A stretch of DNA of 63,296 bases from Synechococcales cyanobacterium VAR_4_metabat_354 (GTDB lineage Bacteria; Cyanobacteriota; Cyanobacteriia; Cyanobacteriales; Chamaesiphonaceae), in the NCBI GenBank assembly GCA_031414775.1, contig JANOQI010000023.1:1-63296 (forward strand). The letters run 5' to 3'. The notes under the pieces were generated by a model. The model had not been told where the DNA came from. It searched no databases and saw nothing but the letters and a program-made list of their open reading frames with translations. Both the position numbers and the translations under genes were made by a program. Below, in pieces: positions 21,998 to 33,207 of the stretch (positions within the stretch are counted from its first letter, which is position 1; each line of letters opens with the position of its first letter).

Positions 21998-22309
21998 ATG
22001 TTTAACGAACTGATAGAACTTATTCGCCGCCGCGATCGATTCGATCAAAAAAATAGTAGCCGCCAACAAGTAAAACAACGGCTCCAATTAGTTATCGCTC
22101 ACGATCGCACAGATCTGAGTCCGAAAGTACTGGAAATGATGCGCCAGGAAATATTGGACGTCGTGTCCCGTTATGTGGAGTTAGATAGCCAAGGCTTAGA
22201 TTTTTCCTTGGAAAGTACCCAACGTACTACGGCCTTAATTGCTAACTTTCCAGTGAAACGAGTTAAGGATGAGGGTGAGTTAACGCCAATTCCTGCCCCC
22301 GCTAAATAA
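21998..22309 (+). CDS. minE: Cell division topological specificity factor MinE
   Basis: [32 protein letters not shown]. Confidence 0.95.
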   Translation: MFNELIELIRRRDRFDQKNSSRQQVKQRLQLVIAHDRTDLSPKVLEMMRQEILDVVSRYVELDSQGLDFSLESTQRTTALIANFPVKRVKDEGELTPIPAPAK

Positions 22310-22328
22310 GTAATAGGTCGGGCTTGGC

Positions 22329-23885
22329 TTATTCGTTCCCCTTTCCACGGACTCCTCTCACGATCCGGGATAATTCACTCTTTTCATCAACACTAATTCG
22401 GCTGGGGGAGCCACTGATTAGTCCTTCATAATTGCGGAAAGAATCTTTGATTTCGGCGCCTTCTTGGCTGATGGTATATTCACGAATACCTTTGTCATGC
22501 CAAGAGCCGCGCATCTTAAAGACATTGATCGCTCTCGCCATTTCGCCCCGAATTTCTACATATTGCAGCATCAAAATCGTGTCGGTAATTGTAGAAATAT
22601 GCGAGTCTGTAATCGAGCTAGAACCCATGAATTGGTCAGAAGTATTGGTAAAAAAGCCAGTGATTTCTTCTTGCTTAGCATAGCCAGTTAATCCAATCAC
22701 AAATTGCCGAAAAGCATTGTTGCTAACACCTCGTGCTAAAGCGGAAAGTGAGTCGATGGCAATGCGGGAGGGCTGGAATTCAGCAATCTCCGACTTAATA
22801 GTTTGTAGATGATCTTCCAAGCCTGCCGACTCTGGATATGTACAAATAATCTTAAGTAAACCCTTGCGTTCCATTTCTTCAAAGTCTGTACCCCAAGAAG
22901 AAGCATTACGAGAGAGCTGGGCGCGGGATTCTTCGTAGGCAAATAAGATTGCTCGATCGCCAGACAAGTAAGCTTCTTGCAGAAATTTACTTACCAACAA
23001 TGTCTTACCAGTACCGGTAGCTCCAGTTGCCAAAATAATCGAATCTTTAAAATAGCCACCACCGCACATTTCGTCCAGAGTCTTGACTCCCGAAGAAACT
23101 CGCACGTTGGAAGACTTTTGGGTGAGCTGCATTGAACCCAACGAAAAAATATTGATGCCGTCGTTGGTAATGGTAAAGGGATACTCCCCTTTCATATGGG
23201 TGGTGCCGCGTAGTTTAAGGATTTCCATCGTGCGCCGCCGTCGCTCGCCTTCTAAAACGTTGCGGGAAATAATCACGTTATCCGAGACAAATTCTTCGAC
23301 CCCGTAGCGCGCTACTGGTCCGTATTCTTCTAGGCGCTCGGTCGTCATGATGGTCGTGGCGCCCATTTGCTTGAGCCGGGCGACTAACCGAAAGACTTCG
23401 CGACGGACTACTGAGGCGGCATCATATTGTTGAAAAACTGCTGTGATTGAATCGATCGATACTCGTTTGGCTTTGTATTTATTGATGGCATATTGAATCC
23501 GCTCAATAAGCGCGGACAGGTCGAAACTACCAATCACTTCCTGTCCTTCGGGATCAGGTGAAGCATCTAAAATAAATAACTTGCCCTCATCTACCAGTTT
23601 TTGCAAATCCCAGCCAAAGCTGTAGGCATTTTTGATGATATCGATCGGCGATTCTTCAAAGGTCACAAACACGCCAGCTTCATCAAAATACTGAATGCCA
23701 TTGTAGAGAAATTGCACAGCTAGCATCGTCTTACCGGTGCCAGAGGTGCCGCTAACAATCGTCGTACGGCCAACCGGTAAGCCTCCATGAGAGATATCAT
23801 CGAATCCCTCAATCATCGTGCGGATCTTTTGAACCCCGGGAAATGTGACGGTTTTTGGGGATGGAGATGGATTAGATTTGGTCAT
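22329..23885 (-). CDS. kaiC: Circadian clock protein KaiC
   Basis: Two RecA-like domains (GTSGTGKT, GATGTGKT); phosphosite segment DSHISTITDT intact. Confidence 0.98.
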   Translation of the reverse strand: MTKSNPSPSPKTVTFPGVQKIRTMIEGFDDISHGGLPVGRTTIVSGTSGTGKTMLAVQFLYNGIQYFDEAGVFVTFEESPIDIIKNAYSFGWDLQKLVDEGKLFILDASPDPEGQEVIGSFDLSALIERIQYAINKYKAKRVSIDSITAVFQQYDAASVVRREVFRLVARLKQMGATTIMTTERLEEYGPVARYGVEEFVSDNVIISRNVLEGERRRRTMEILKLRGTTHMKGEYPFTITNDGINIFSLGSMQLTQKSSNVRVSSGVKTLDEMCGGGYFKDSIILATGATGTGKTLLVSKFLQEAYLSGDRAILFAYEESRAQLSRNASSWGTDFEEMERKGLLKIICTYPESAGLEDHLQTIKSEIAEFQPSRIAIDSLSALARGVSNNAFRQFVIGLTGYAKQEEITGFFTNTSDQFMGSSSITDSHISTITDTILMLQYVEIRGEMARAINVFKMRGSWHDKGIREYTISQEGAEIKDSFRNYEGLISGSPSRISVDEKSELSRIVRGVRGKGNE

Positions 23886-23970
23886 TGCTTCGATATCAAA
23901 ACAGTTTGGTTTAATCGCTGATTTTGGTGGCCAGGAATATTTGGATGCTTTTTAAGTAACTATCTAAAAT

Positions 23971-24282
23971 TTACTGAGACTCGCTATCAGATAGTTCTTC
24001 ATAGAGTAAGTCTAACCCAATTAGGACTTTCTCTCGGTCGGACAGGTCGCCAATTATTTTGCGTACTGGCGGGGGCAAAACCTTAGAAAGGGTGGGAGTA
24101 GCTAAGATTTTATCCTCCTCTGCTAGTTGCGGATTTTTTAAGACATCAATTACTTTTAAGGCATATACTCCTTTGAATTCTTCATCCAAGATGGTTTTGA
24201 GAGTACGCAGTGCCCGGACAGAATTAGGGGTATTGCCAGCTACATATAGCTTTAGTACATAGGTTCTTGATAAACGGCTCAT
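23971..24282 (-). CDS. kaiB: Circadian clock protein KaiB
   Basis: [30 protein letters not shown]. Confidence 0.98.
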   Translation of the reverse strand: MSRLSRTYVLKLYVAGNTPNSVRALRTLKTILDEEFKGVYALKVIDVLKNPQLAEEDKILATPTLSKVLPPPVRKIIGDLSDREKVLIGLDLLYEELSDSESQ

Positions 24283-24508
24283 AGAGATGACTCACATGCA
24301 TTGGTTGGAGAAAAACGCGATTCATCCGCTGGAAAAATTAGATTATTGGCCTATGGTGTGATTAGGCAAATTGTAGAGACTTCGGCATGATTGTGGTCGG
24401 CTCTTTCCCATCATACCGAGAGTCGATCCTAAACTGAAAATTCGATCAATAGATGATACGAAGTTTAATCTACCGTAATACTCTGGGGTGCAATGCTCTG
24501 TGCTCGGT

Positions 24509-25408
24509 CTATTTAAGCCCTCCAGAGGGGATCGATCGCCGGTACATTTCACACAGATGGGCAATCACATCGATCAAAGTCAAGCGATAGTCCAACAAAA
24601 TATCCTCGTTCCACCCTTCGATCTTCAGCTGGGTGGCGAAATCATCCATCAAATCCATATGGATTTCTACCACCTCGGATACTGACAAATCGGCAAAAAA
24701 TACGGAGGCTACAAATTGGTCGAGGAGGTCGTTAAGTTGGCTATCAGGCGTAAAGTAGGCCAGCACAATCTGTCGATATTGCTCTTTGAGTTGTACTAAT
24801 AAATCTTGACGCTGGGGGGGCGAGAGATACCGAAAAAAGTTATGTCGGTTGCGATTGTAATAGACAGCCAGGTATCCCAGTCTTTCTTTCAACTTTTCGG
24901 ATAAACGACGCTGCTGCTGGAGTAAAAAAGCTGCTGACTTTTGGGGTGGGGATTCGCTGGCGGCTCTGGGTGAATGGAGAGGGGTGAGGTTGAGAAATCT
25001 GGCGATCGATCGATCAATATCGGCACCAACACTGATCAGATCAGCATCGGAGACAAACACTTCGGAAGCATGGTAGAGAAAATTTGGCCAATCTTCGCTG
25101 AAGCGAGTCGTGGGTTGCTCATCTTCATTACAAGCAAATCTATCAGTATCAGTAGTTAATGACTGGAGGAAAACAGCTGGAAGTACGATGCTGTGTTGAT
25201 ATAGGGCATCGATTACCCTTAACACTTGACTATGAGCCTGAAAAATCAAACAATCGATGCCGTACTTTTCTTGCTTAATAAAATCAAGGAAATCGGATTC
25301 AACCGAAAAATTTCTCACGCTGTAGCGTTCACCAGCTAATGACTCTTTCAAAGACTGTGCAAGAGCTGGTGAGTCAATTAGAACCGCAATGGTAAGGAGG
25401 GAAGACAA
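24509..25408 (-). CDS. kaiA: Circadian clock protein KaiA (full length, with pseudo-receiver domain)
   Basis: KLKERLGYLAVYY, EIHMDLMD, ILLDYRLTLIDVIAHLCEMYRRSIP; TTG start. Confidence 0.95.
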   Translation of the reverse strand: MSSLLTIAVLIDSPALAQSLKESLAGERYSVRNFSVESDFLDFIKQEKYGIDCLIFQAHSQVLRVIDALYQHSIVLPAVFLQSLTTDTDRFACNEDEQPTTRFSEDWPNFLYHASEVFVSDADLISVGADIDRSIARFLNLTPLHSPRAASESPPQKSAAFLLQQQRRLSEKLKERLGYLAVYYNRNRHNFFRYLSPPQRQDLLVQLKEQYRQIVLAYFTPDSQLNDLLDQFVASVFFADLSVSEVVEIHMDLMDDFATQLKIEGWNEDILLDYRLTLIDVIAHLCEMYRRSIPSGGLK

Positions 25409-25510
25409 GCCAAGTTACTCGACAATATACTTGTATTTTAGAGCTGACATCAGCCTGGGCATATGATATCACGGATTTTTAGGATGATTTAGCCATTGAT
25501 CCCCACGAAT

Positions 25511-25900
25511 TTAGTGCTTGGGAGTATTTTCACCTTGGTGCAAAATAATGCGGTTGCCATCAGGATCATAAATATAAGCTTCGCGACCATGACTGGCCGT
25601 AATGATTTCGGAAGGTGGCTGACAGTTCGGCTGGTAAGCATGATCGATCGCCGACTCCAAATCACTTACTTCTAAGCAGAGGCTGATAGCTCCCCTGCCG
25701 GGGATAAAAGAGCTATTTTCTTTGGGGCAAAAGATTCCTAGGCAAATTCCTGGTAAATGGAAGCCAGCATAGACTTTGGGCGTAAACGGTTGGGGCTGTT
25801 GGGCCAGCAGATGGGCATAGAATGTCCATGACCGGTCGAAGTCATGGGCGGCGATCGTAACTAAACCGGCAGAATAATTGATCACATCAAATAAACTCAA
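25511..25900 (-). CDS. VOC/glyoxalase family protein
   Basis: [31 protein letters not shown]. Confidence 0.85.
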   Translation of the reverse strand: MSLFDVINYSAGLVTIAAHDFDRSWTFYAHLLAQQPQPFTPKVYAGFHLPGICLGIFCPKENSSFIPGRGAISLCLEVSDLESAIDHAYQPNCQPPSEIITASHGREAYIYDPDGNRIILHQGENTPKH

Positions 25901-26033
25901 ATTTTGGTGGATGACTAAGTTTATAATTACTGATCTTGGGCATACTTTTAGTCAAAATAACGTGAAAAATTCAGTCCAGCCGTCGGCTAGCCAGCCAGCC
26001 CTGTTAGACGTGAGCAATGGGAGTGCATTGAAT

Positions 26034-27209
26034 ATGGAGTTGGCACATCGCATCAAAGAGGTCAAACCCTCTGTCACCCTCGCTATTTCTGCTCAAGCCA
26101 AGGCTATGCAAGTTAGTGGTATTGATGTTTGTAGTTTTAGTGCTGGGGAACCAGATTTTGATACCCCAGAACATATTAAAGCCGCAGCGGCAGCTGCTTT
26201 GGCGATGGGTAAAACTAAATATGGCGCTGCTGCTGGTGAAGCACCCTTGCGCGAAGCAATTGCCCACAAACTTCAAGCTGATAACCAGTTGAATTATCAG
26301 GCTGCCAACATCTTGGTATCTAATGGCGGCAAGCATACTTTATTCAACTTGATGATGGCGACCATCAATCCTGGTGATGAGGTGATTATCCCGGCTCCTT
26401 TTTGGTTGAGTTATCCCGAAATGGTTCGGCTGGCTGATGGCGTGCCAGTAATTATTAATACTAATGCCAGTACTAGCTACAAAATTACTCCAGAAATGTT
26501 GGATCAGGCGATTACGCCCAAAACCAAATTGTTGATCTTAAATTCGCCTTCTAATCCCAGTGGCATTGTCTACAGCCGCAGCGAGTTACAGGCACTGGCT
26601 AAGGTGATTGTCCGCCGTAATATTTTTGTGGTTTCGGATGAGATTTACGAAAAAATTATCTATGGTGATGTTGAACATGTCAGTATTGGATCGCTGGGTG
26701 CCGATATCTTTGATCGAACGATCGTGAGTAATGGCTTTGCTAAAGCTTATTCCATGACCGGCTGGCGGGTAGGCTATTTGGCTGCACCATTAGAAATCAT
26801 TAAAGCAGCTAGTGTTATTCAAGGACACAGTACGTCGAATGTTTGTACATTTGCTCAATACGGGGCGCTCGCGGCTTTAACTGGTTCGCAAGATTGTGTG
26901 GAAAAGATGCGGTTGGCTTTTAGCGACAGGCAACACGTCATTGTCGATTATTTGCGATCGATCCCCGGCATTGAATGTGCCAAGCCAGACGGAGCTTTTT
27001 ATGTGTTTGCGAATATTAGTAAGACTGGTCTTGGCTCTCTCGATTTTTGCCAGAAGCTCTTAGAGTCTCACCAGGTAGCAGTTATTCCCGGCTTACCCTT
27101 TGGCGCTGATGACCATGTGCGGATCTCCTATGCCACGGATCTAGAAACCATTAAAAAAGGCATGGAGCGCTTCGGAAATTTTGTTGGCCAGATTATTGGC
27201 CAGGGTTAA
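26034..27209 (+). CDS. aspC: Class I PLP-dependent aminotransferase (aspartate aminotransferase-like)
   Basis: [36 protein letters not shown]. Confidence 0.88.
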   Translation: MELAHRIKEVKPSVTLAISAQAKAMQVSGIDVCSFSAGEPDFDTPEHIKAAAAAALAMGKTKYGAAAGEAPLREAIAHKLQADNQLNYQAANILVSNGGKHTLFNLMMATINPGDEVIIPAPFWLSYPEMVRLADGVPVIINTNASTSYKITPEMLDQAITPKTKLLILNSPSNPSGIVYSRSELQALAKVIVRRNIFVVSDEIYEKIIYGDVEHVSIGSLGADIFDRTIVSNGFAKAYSMTGWRVGYLAAPLEIIKAASVIQGHSTSNVCTFAQYGALAALTGSQDCVEKMRLAFSDRQHVIVDYLRSIPGIECAKPDGAFYVFANISKTGLGSLDFCQKLLESHQVAVIPGLPFGADDHVRISYATDLETIKKGMERFGNFVGQIIGQG

Positions 27210-27222
27210 CAATTGGTTCTAG

Positions 27223-27264
27223 GTTGCGCTCAATCCTCAAGTATCTATGAGGGTTGAGCGCAGC
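27223..27264. terminator. Hairpin between convergent aspC and ndhD
   Basis: gttgcgctcaatcctca...tgagggttgagcgcagc, a long stem with G-U pairs. Confidence 0.65.
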
Positions 27265-27283
27265 ACTATATTCTAAACCTGAC

Positions 27284-28849
27284 TTACTTCCTAATATCCG
27301 GTGCCACTAAAGCAACTGGGGTACTTACCCGATGAGCAATGGTTGGTACCGATTGCCGCAGATGAGCAGTGAGTTGTACTGTAGTTGAGTCATAAACCTG
27401 CGTTAGCAGCTTGGGGTAACAGCCTACCCCAATAATCGGAATCAGTAGACAGACAACGATGAAGATTTCACGGGGTTCCGCATCGATCAGCGCTTCGTGC
27501 TCGACCAATTCTTTGTTTTCATCACCAAAGAAGATTTCTCGCAACATCGATAGCAGGTAGATGGGAGTCAGAATTACACCCACCGCCATCAGTAGAATCA
27601 TCACCACTTTGAATTCGTTGTTGTAAGCATCGCTGGTGGCAAAGCCCACGAACACCATTAGCTCTGCCACAAAGCCGCTCATCCCTGGTAAAGCTAAAGA
27701 AGCCATCGAGCAAGCAGTGAACATTGCAAAGATTTTCTTCATCCGTTGGCCTACTCCACCCATTTCATCCAACATAAGGGTGTGAGTTCGATCGTAAGTA
27801 GCCCCCACCAAGAAAAAGAGACTAGCGCCAATCAAACCGTGTGAGACCATTTGCATTACGGCACCACTCATCCCCAGATCGGTAAAGGAGGCAAAACCAA
27901 TCAGCACAAATCCCATGTGGGAAATTGAGGAGTAGGCAATCTTGCGTTTCAGGTTGCGTTGGGCAAAAGAAGTGAGCGCGGCATATACAATATTCACCAC
28001 TCCCAACACAATCAAGGCTGGGGCAAAGAAGGCATGGGCATCGGCCAACATGCCGGCATTCATCCGAATCAGGGCATAGCCGCCCATTTTAAGCAGAATG
28101 CCCGCTAGCAGCATATGTACCGGAGCCGTCGCCTCTCCGTGGGCATCGGGCAACCAGGTATGCAGCGGAATAATCGGCAGCTTGACACCGTAGGCAATCA
28201 GCAAGCCTGCGTACATAAAGAGCTGGAAATTCAATGGATAGTCTTTGTGCGCCAGGGCAGTCATGTCAAAGGTGGTGGTGCCACCATAGAAGCCCATCGC
28301 TAACGCAGCTACCAAAATGAACAGTGAACCACCAGCTGTGTACAAAATAAACTTAGTGGAAGCGTACAGTCGTTTTTTTCCACCCCAGATGGCCAGGAAT
28401 AAATAGACTGGAATTAGCTCTAATTCCCAGACCAAGAAGAACAGCAGCATATCCTGCACGGCAAAAACCGCAATCTGGCCACCGAACATCACCAACATCA
28501 AAAAGTAAAATAGCCGGGGCTTGTAAGTCACTGGCCAAGCGGCCAGGGTGGCTAAGCTAGTAATAAAACCAGTCAGCAAGACCAAGGGCATTGATAGACC
28601 ATCTACGGCCACTGACCATTTCAAATCTATTTGGGGCACCCAGGTGTAGCTTTCTACTAGCTGCATCCCAGAGATGCTGGTGTCGTAAAAATTGGCAAAA
28701 ACGTAAACGATTAGCGCAAAGTCTAGCAGAGCGACAATTAGAGCATACCAGCGCACTGTGCGGCCATTTGTATCGGGCAGCAGAGGAATCGCCAATGCCG
28801 CCAATACGGGGAAAAGGATAATCGTCGTCAACCAAGGAAAGTCAGCCAT
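27284..28849 (-). CDS. ndhD: NAD(P)H-quinone oxidoreductase subunit 4 (NdhD1/D2 type)
   Basis: [45 protein letters not shown]. Confidence 0.96.
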   Translation of the reverse strand: MADFPWLTTIILFPVLAALAIPLLPDTNGRTVRWYALIVALLDFALIVYVFANFYDTSISGMQLVESYTWVPQIDLKWSVAVDGLSMPLVLLTGFITSLATLAAWPVTYKPRLFYFLMLVMFGGQIAVFAVQDMLLFFLVWELELIPVYLFLAIWGGKKRLYASTKFILYTAGGSLFILVAALAMGFYGGTTTFDMTALAHKDYPLNFQLFMYAGLLIAYGVKLPIIPLHTWLPDAHGEATAPVHMLLAGILLKMGGYALIRMNAGMLADAHAFFAPALIVLGVVNIVYAALTSFAQRNLKRKIAYSSISHMGFVLIGFASFTDLGMSGAVMQMVSHGLIGASLFFLVGATYDRTHTLMLDEMGGVGQRMKKIFAMFTACSMASLALPGMSGFVAELMVFVGFATSDAYNNEFKVVMILLMAVGVILTPIYLLSMLREIFFGDENKELVEHEALIDAEPREIFIVVCLLIPIIGVGCYPKLLTQVYDSTTVQLTAHLRQSVPTIAHRVSTPVALVAPDIRK

Positions 28850-29229
28850 ACCTGCAATCTGTATCTACTAAATGACGCGGAGAGAATAGAGTCTATGCTA
28901 GAGACTACGATTGCTCGTCCTGTTCGTCAGTGTAGCCCAGTCGAACTTTATATTCTTTAGACATTTGATATTTTGTTATTTTCTTCGGCACTGTTCTGGT
29001 GAGTAGCTGGTGAGTAGAAGGGGGGATCATATGGTCTGTCTAATTCGATTAACTTTTAGGAGTTCGATCGATCTCTCCAAATTTGCGTAATGATTTGTTA
29101 ACAATCCCTATTGTCTCAGGGACGAGCCGCAGTATATTGTGGTTACTTTCGGCCTCAAATAAATCCTACTTGACAGCCTTGACAGCAACTTTGGCCACTC
29201 TTATGGCTGTAAAGAAAATTTAAATTTTT

Positions 29230-30273
29230 ATGACTCCTCCTATCACCACTGACAACTCTAGCAACACGCCTCTCGACTCATCCCTACCACCCGTAGATTC
29301 CCAGAAGCAAGTGAGTGCTTTCATGCGCCAAGTGCAAGATCACATCTGCCAAGAGTTAGAAGAAACCGATGGTGGCGGTGAGTTTCGGGAAGATGCTTGG
29401 GAAAGACCAGAAGGCGGTGGTGGTAGGTCGCGGGTCATTAGAGAGGGCAATGTTTTTGAACAGGGCGGTGTCAATTTTTCGGAGGTATGGGGAGATAATC
29501 TGCCGCCGTCTATTTTAAAGCAACGGCCAGAAGCGGCGGGGCATGGCTTTTATGCTACTGGTGTATCGATGGTACTACACCCCCTCAATCCTTACATCCC
29601 CACCGTGCATTTAAACTATCGCTATTTTGAAGCTGGTCCAGTCTGGTGGTTCGGCGGTGGTCTAGACCTCACTCCCTACTACCCTTTCCGAGAAGATGTA
29701 GTGCATCTGCACCAGACCTTGAAGGATGCGTGCGATCGACATAATCCGCAGTATTATCCGACCTTTAAACGTTGGTGCGACGAATATTTTTACCTACCCC
29801 ATCGAGATGAGACGCGGGGAGTAGGTGGCTTATTTTTTGACTATCAAGATAGTCTGGCTGGGGAGTTTTATCGTGGTGAGAAGCCTCAAGGGCTAGCTGG
29901 CCAGTACAGCAAACAACTAGGTGTGCAACCGGCGCGGAGCTGGGCGGAGATTTTTGCTTTCGTTAAAGAATGTGCTTATGCTTTCGTGCCAGCCTACCGG
30001 CCAATTGTCGAAAAGCGTAAGGATACTCCCTATGGCGATCGGGAACGTAATTTTCAGATGTATCGCCGTGGTCGGTATGTAGAATTCAACTTAGTTTACG
30101 ATCGCGGCACCATCTTTGGTCTGCAAACTAATGGCCGCACCGAATCAATTTTGATGTCCCTGCCCCCGACAGTTCGCTGGGAATACGGCTACCAGCCAGA
30201 GCCAAACACTCCAGAAGCAGAACTGTACACCACTTATCTGTGTCCCCAAGATTGGTTGAGGATCGAGAAGTAG
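29230..30273 (+). CDS. hemF: Oxygen-dependent coproporphyrinogen III oxidase
   Basis: [53 protein letters not shown]. Confidence 0.97.
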   Translation: MTPPITTDNSSNTPLDSSLPPVDSQKQVSAFMRQVQDHICQELEETDGGGEFREDAWERPEGGGGRSRVIREGNVFEQGGVNFSEVWGDNLPPSILKQRPEAAGHGFYATGVSMVLHPLNPYIPTVHLNYRYFEAGPVWWFGGGLDLTPYYPFREDVVHLHQTLKDACDRHNPQYYPTFKRWCDEYFYLPHRDETRGVGGLFFDYQDSLAGEFYRGEKPQGLAGQYSKQLGVQPARSWAEIFAFVKECAYAFVPAYRPIVEKRKDTPYGDRERNFQMYRRGRYVEFNLVYDRGTIFGLQTNGRTESILMSLPPTVRWEYGYQPEPNTPEAELYTTYLCPQDWLRIEK

Positions 30274-30383
30274 GTAAAGAACTCGGATCAATAGCTAGAA
30301 ACCTAGTTAGTAGGCGTGCCCATTCTACCATTGGGTGGTCTGGGGGTTCTGCCCCCAGATTCTGGTTCTTTCAATCTAAAAAA

Positions 30384-30584
30384 TCAAGGTTCACAAACCG
30401 GAGCTTCTTCCAAACCCCACTGATGCTTGAGCAAATTCTTGTAAGTAGACTCTTGCCACAGCATTTGAGTATAAAGCTTCACCAGAAAATCTTGGGCTTG
30501 CTCGCGACTCATTTCTTGGATTTGATTTTGAAATGAGCACACACTAAATTGTTGCTCTAAAGACAGTTCAAAAGGCTGAGACAT
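30384..30584 (-). CDS. nblA: Phycobilisome degradation protein NblA
   Basis: ELSLEQQF..F..QI..MSREQAQDFLVKLY.QML..E..YK.LLKHQWG. Confidence 0.93.
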   Translation of the reverse strand: MSQPFELSLEQQFSVCSFQNQIQEMSREQAQDFLVKLYTQMLWQESTYKNLLKHQWGLEEAPVCEP

Positions 30585-30690
30585 AAAATTTTCACTCCTT
30601 TGTTGTCAGGGATAGCCGAGAAACAAGATTTACACCACCAATGGCCATGATTTTGAGCGATGGGCAATTGCTAATAGCCTGATCATGACA

Positions 30691-30708
30691 TATGTAAATA
30701 AATACAAC
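30691..30708 (-). promoter_or_regulatory. Putative HLR1 (RpaB-binding) direct repeat upstream of nblA
   Basis: Minus strand GTTGTATT-ta-TTTACATA versus consensus (G/T)TTACA(T/A)(T/A)-N2-repeat: second half exact, first half has 2 mismatches. Confidence 0.4.
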
Positions 30709-30981
30709 AAATATTTGACAGTGTGGTCAGCTTGTTTGCAGTAGTATACCCAAAGACGCTAATCAATCTAAACATGTTTCAAGAAGTCTGTTAAATGCCG
30801 AGTCTTAATATTGTCGATCGCCTAGGCTGCTCAGAACTGTTCATAAATAACAATTTCATGCTGGTGCCACAAAGATTAGGTATTTGTCGCATCACCACTA
30901 TTTACTAACTGTGAATTCAGCTAGCACTTGATTGTAGAATTACGGAACCCACATATCTCAACTCATTGCTGATATTTTGCT

Positions 30982-31659
30982 GTGATTCAAGCAACCAAAC
31001 CCAGAAACTTATTGATTTGGCTGTTATTCTTACTCTTGACTGGTTGCCAGAACGCATTACCCACCAAAAAAGTGGAACATCCCCAGCCCCCGAAGATCCT
31101 CGTTCAGCTGCCACCACTTCGTGCTGCCACTTTAGTCAATATCAATAATGATTGGAATGGGTACTCTGATATCACACCCATTGTGCGGCATTACCAATTA
31201 AAACCCCAAGCCAACGGAATGTCTGGCAATGGTTACTTTGCCGTTGGTGGATATGGAGGTTATAACATTCACCAGCAGTACACCAAGAAAGTTAATATTC
31301 CTGTACTGATTACCCAGCAATTCTTTAAAAAAATAAATGAGACGAAAATGTATAGTTCGTCTTTATATCAACCCATCATAAAAAATAGTGATGATTATCC
31401 GGCTATCACTATTCAGATCACTACTCCTGAACAAAAAGTTACATTTTTCTCTAGTTCTCAAGGCAGAAATCACGCACCTTGGCAAATCAAAATTAAAGAT
31501 AAAACCTATACTAGTAACTCCGCAGCTCCAGCGGAAGCTCTTTCAATTCTAAAGCCGTATATCGACCATCCTGGTTTAGAAGAAGTAATTAATAAACTAA
31601 GGTCGCCCCGCCCGCAGAATCCGAAAAGCCCCAAGGCTCATAAAAGTAAATCCCCATGA
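30982..31659 (+). CDS. Hypothetical lipoprotein
   Basis: Signal peptide with lipobox LTGC; 225 aa. Confidence 0.7.
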   Translation: MIQATKPRNLLIWLLFLLLTGCQNALPTKKVEHPQPPKILVQLPPLRAATLVNINNDWNGYSDITPIVRHYQLKPQANGMSGNGYFAVGGYGGYNIHQQYTKKVNIPVLITQQFFKKINETKMYSSSLYQPIIKNSDDYPAITIQITTPEQKVTFFSSSQGRNHAPWQIKIKDKTYTSNSAAPAEALSILKPYIDHPGLEEVINKLRSPRPQNPKSPKAHKSKSP

Positions 31660-31699
31660 AAAGTGCCGTTTTTCCTGCAATCGCAGAAACGGCATTTTT
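31659..31699. terminator. Terminator between convergent lipoprotein gene and rpmF
   Basis: aaaagtgccgttt..ctgc-aatc-gcag-aaacggcattttt stem flanked by A/T tracts. Confidence 0.65.
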
Positions 31700-31718
31700 G
31701 CAGAGATGAATATTAAGA

Positions 31719-31892
31719 CTATTCGGCTGTTTCTTCTTCGTCTTGAGGATAGACAAAGCTGGTAGAGCGACCAGAGAGAATTGATTTACCCAAAGATAAA
31801 GCGCGTTGAGCTTGAACAGCCGCTTTCCGCCGCCAGGTAGCGCGTCGTGAGTCACGCTTAGATTTGGATGTTTTCTTTTTAGGGACTGCCAT
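31719..31892 (-). CDS. rpmF: 50S ribosomal protein L32 (not in the ORF track)
   Basis: Hand translation: [57 protein letters not shown]. Confidence 0.96.
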   Translation of the reverse strand: MAVPKKKTSKSKRDSRRATWRRKAAVQAQRALSLGKSILSGRSTSFVYPQDEEETAE

Positions 31893-32029
31893 AGTTTCTA
31901 CGTTGAGTAAGCACAGCCTCTTATTATATAGAGCAAAAGTCAGAATGGGAAGAGCTAATGCGGATGTCGATCGTGTTATAAAGTGAAGAGAACAAACTTT
32001 TGTGTTTAACCTTTACATTTTCTATTCTT

Positions 32030-32302
32030 GTGAATCTTTCTAGCCCTGATACCCCTCTGTACAATCATCCCCTCCCAGAAATCGAGAGTTGGCTGCTATC
32101 GATCGGTGGTGAGCAAGATGCTACCAAATTGCATTGTTGGCAGGTTTCTCAGATGTATTGGAGTGCCCAATTATGTTTAGAAGTAGAAGAGTTGACTGTT
32201 CGCTACCTAAAAGCCACTGACGATCAACAGGATGTTTATCGATCTTTTAAATATTCCTTGAGCCGACAGGATATCGAAGATGCTGTTTTGGCTGGTCCTT
32301 AG
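32030..32302 (+). CDS. DUF3143 family protein
   Basis: DTPLYNHPLPEIESWL..W.A.L.L..EEL.V.Y..RSFKYSLSRQDIEDAVLAGP. Confidence 0.85.
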   Translation: MNLSSPDTPLYNHPLPEIESWLLSIGGEQDATKLHCWQVSQMYWSAQLCLEVEELTVRYLKATDDQQDVYRSFKYSLSRQDIEDAVLAGP

Positions 32303-32445
32303 CTCTTTCTATCGGCAAAAGCTACTTGCTGTTAACTTATCAATAAGTTTTTCTGATAGCTAAATTGAAAATATACGGGTGACAACTTATCACAAAATTG
32401 ATAAAGTAGAAAGAGGTTAACAAATATTAACTTTGGTAAATATTC

Positions 32446-33207
32446 ATGATCGGGATGTCGGGCACTTTGCCGAATAAATCGTACAGTATGACAGTCTTCT
32501 GCGATTTTGACGGACCACTGGTAGACGTATCCAATCGTTATTACAGTACTTATCGTATAGCATTAGCTAAAGTCCACCGAGCTGATCTCGCCGCTGCTGT
32601 AGCCTTGACTCCGCTATCTAAAGAAGAGTTTTGGCAGATGAAGCAAGAGCGAACGCCAGATATTGAAATTGCTAAGCGCTCTGGATTGCCGATCGACGCG
32701 ATCGATCCATTTCTGACTGAAGTAACCAGCTTGGTTAATCACCCTGATTTGCTGCATCAAGATGTTATTCAACCAGGTGTGACTTGGGCACTAAATCTGT
32801 TGCATAGTCAGGGAACACAACTGGTTTTGGTAACTCTTCGTGATCAGGAGCAAGCGCGGCAGATTTTGCAAATGGCCAAGTTAGAACACTTGTTTAGTGG
32901 TATCTATGGTGCCAATAATGGCATTGAAGTGGCCTATCAGAACTCGATCGAACTCAAGACCCAGCTGCTCAGGCAAGCTGCTGCCCAACACTGGCCAGAA
33001 TTAGTCCGTAGACACCACCCGGCTTGGGTTATTGGCGATACCGAGGCTGATGTTTGGTCTGGTCGCAATCTCAATATTTCCACCATCGCCTTGACCTGTG
33101 GTATTCGCAGTCACAGCTACTTAGAAAAGCAGTCACCGACTGTGATTTTGGCTGATCTAGTATCAGCCAGTAATCACCTAGTGCGTAGTCCGGTTTCTTG
33201 TGCCTAG
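32446..33207 (+). CDS. HAD family hydrolase
   Basis: [10 protein letters not shown] (motif I), VIGDTEAD (motif IV); start may be 32488. Confidence 0.88.
   Translation: MIGMSGTLPNKSYSMTVFCDFDGPLVDVSNRYYSTYRIALAKVHRADLAAAVALTPLSKEEFWQMKQERTPDIEIAKRSGLPIDAIDPFLTEVTSLVNHPDLLHQDVIQPGVTWALNLLHSQGTQLVLVTLRDQEQARQILQMAKLEHLFSGIYGANNGIEVAYQNSIELKTQLLRQAAAQHWPELVRRHHPAWVIGDTEADVWSGRNLNISTIALTCGIRSHSYLEKQSPTVILADLVSASNHLVRSPVSCA

Noticed and set aside
24343..24564. 73-aa ORF between kaiA and kaiB as an extra clock component
   Set aside because: It overlaps the kaiA 3' end in another frame, has no recognisable motif, and spans the expected kaiBC promoter region.
28996..29187. Short tandem direct repeats (ctggtgagtag x2; cttgacagc x2) in the ndhD-hemF intergenic region
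   Set aside because: Only two copies each; cannot be distinguished from slippage duplications and match no motif I can name.
30693..30706. TGTA-N6-TACA upstream of nblA as an NtcA site
   Set aside because: The spacer is 6, not 8; an HLR1-type repeat explains it better.
31589..31855. 88-aa minus-strand ORF in the track
   Set aside because: Wrong frame; the real gene is rpmF at 31719-31892.
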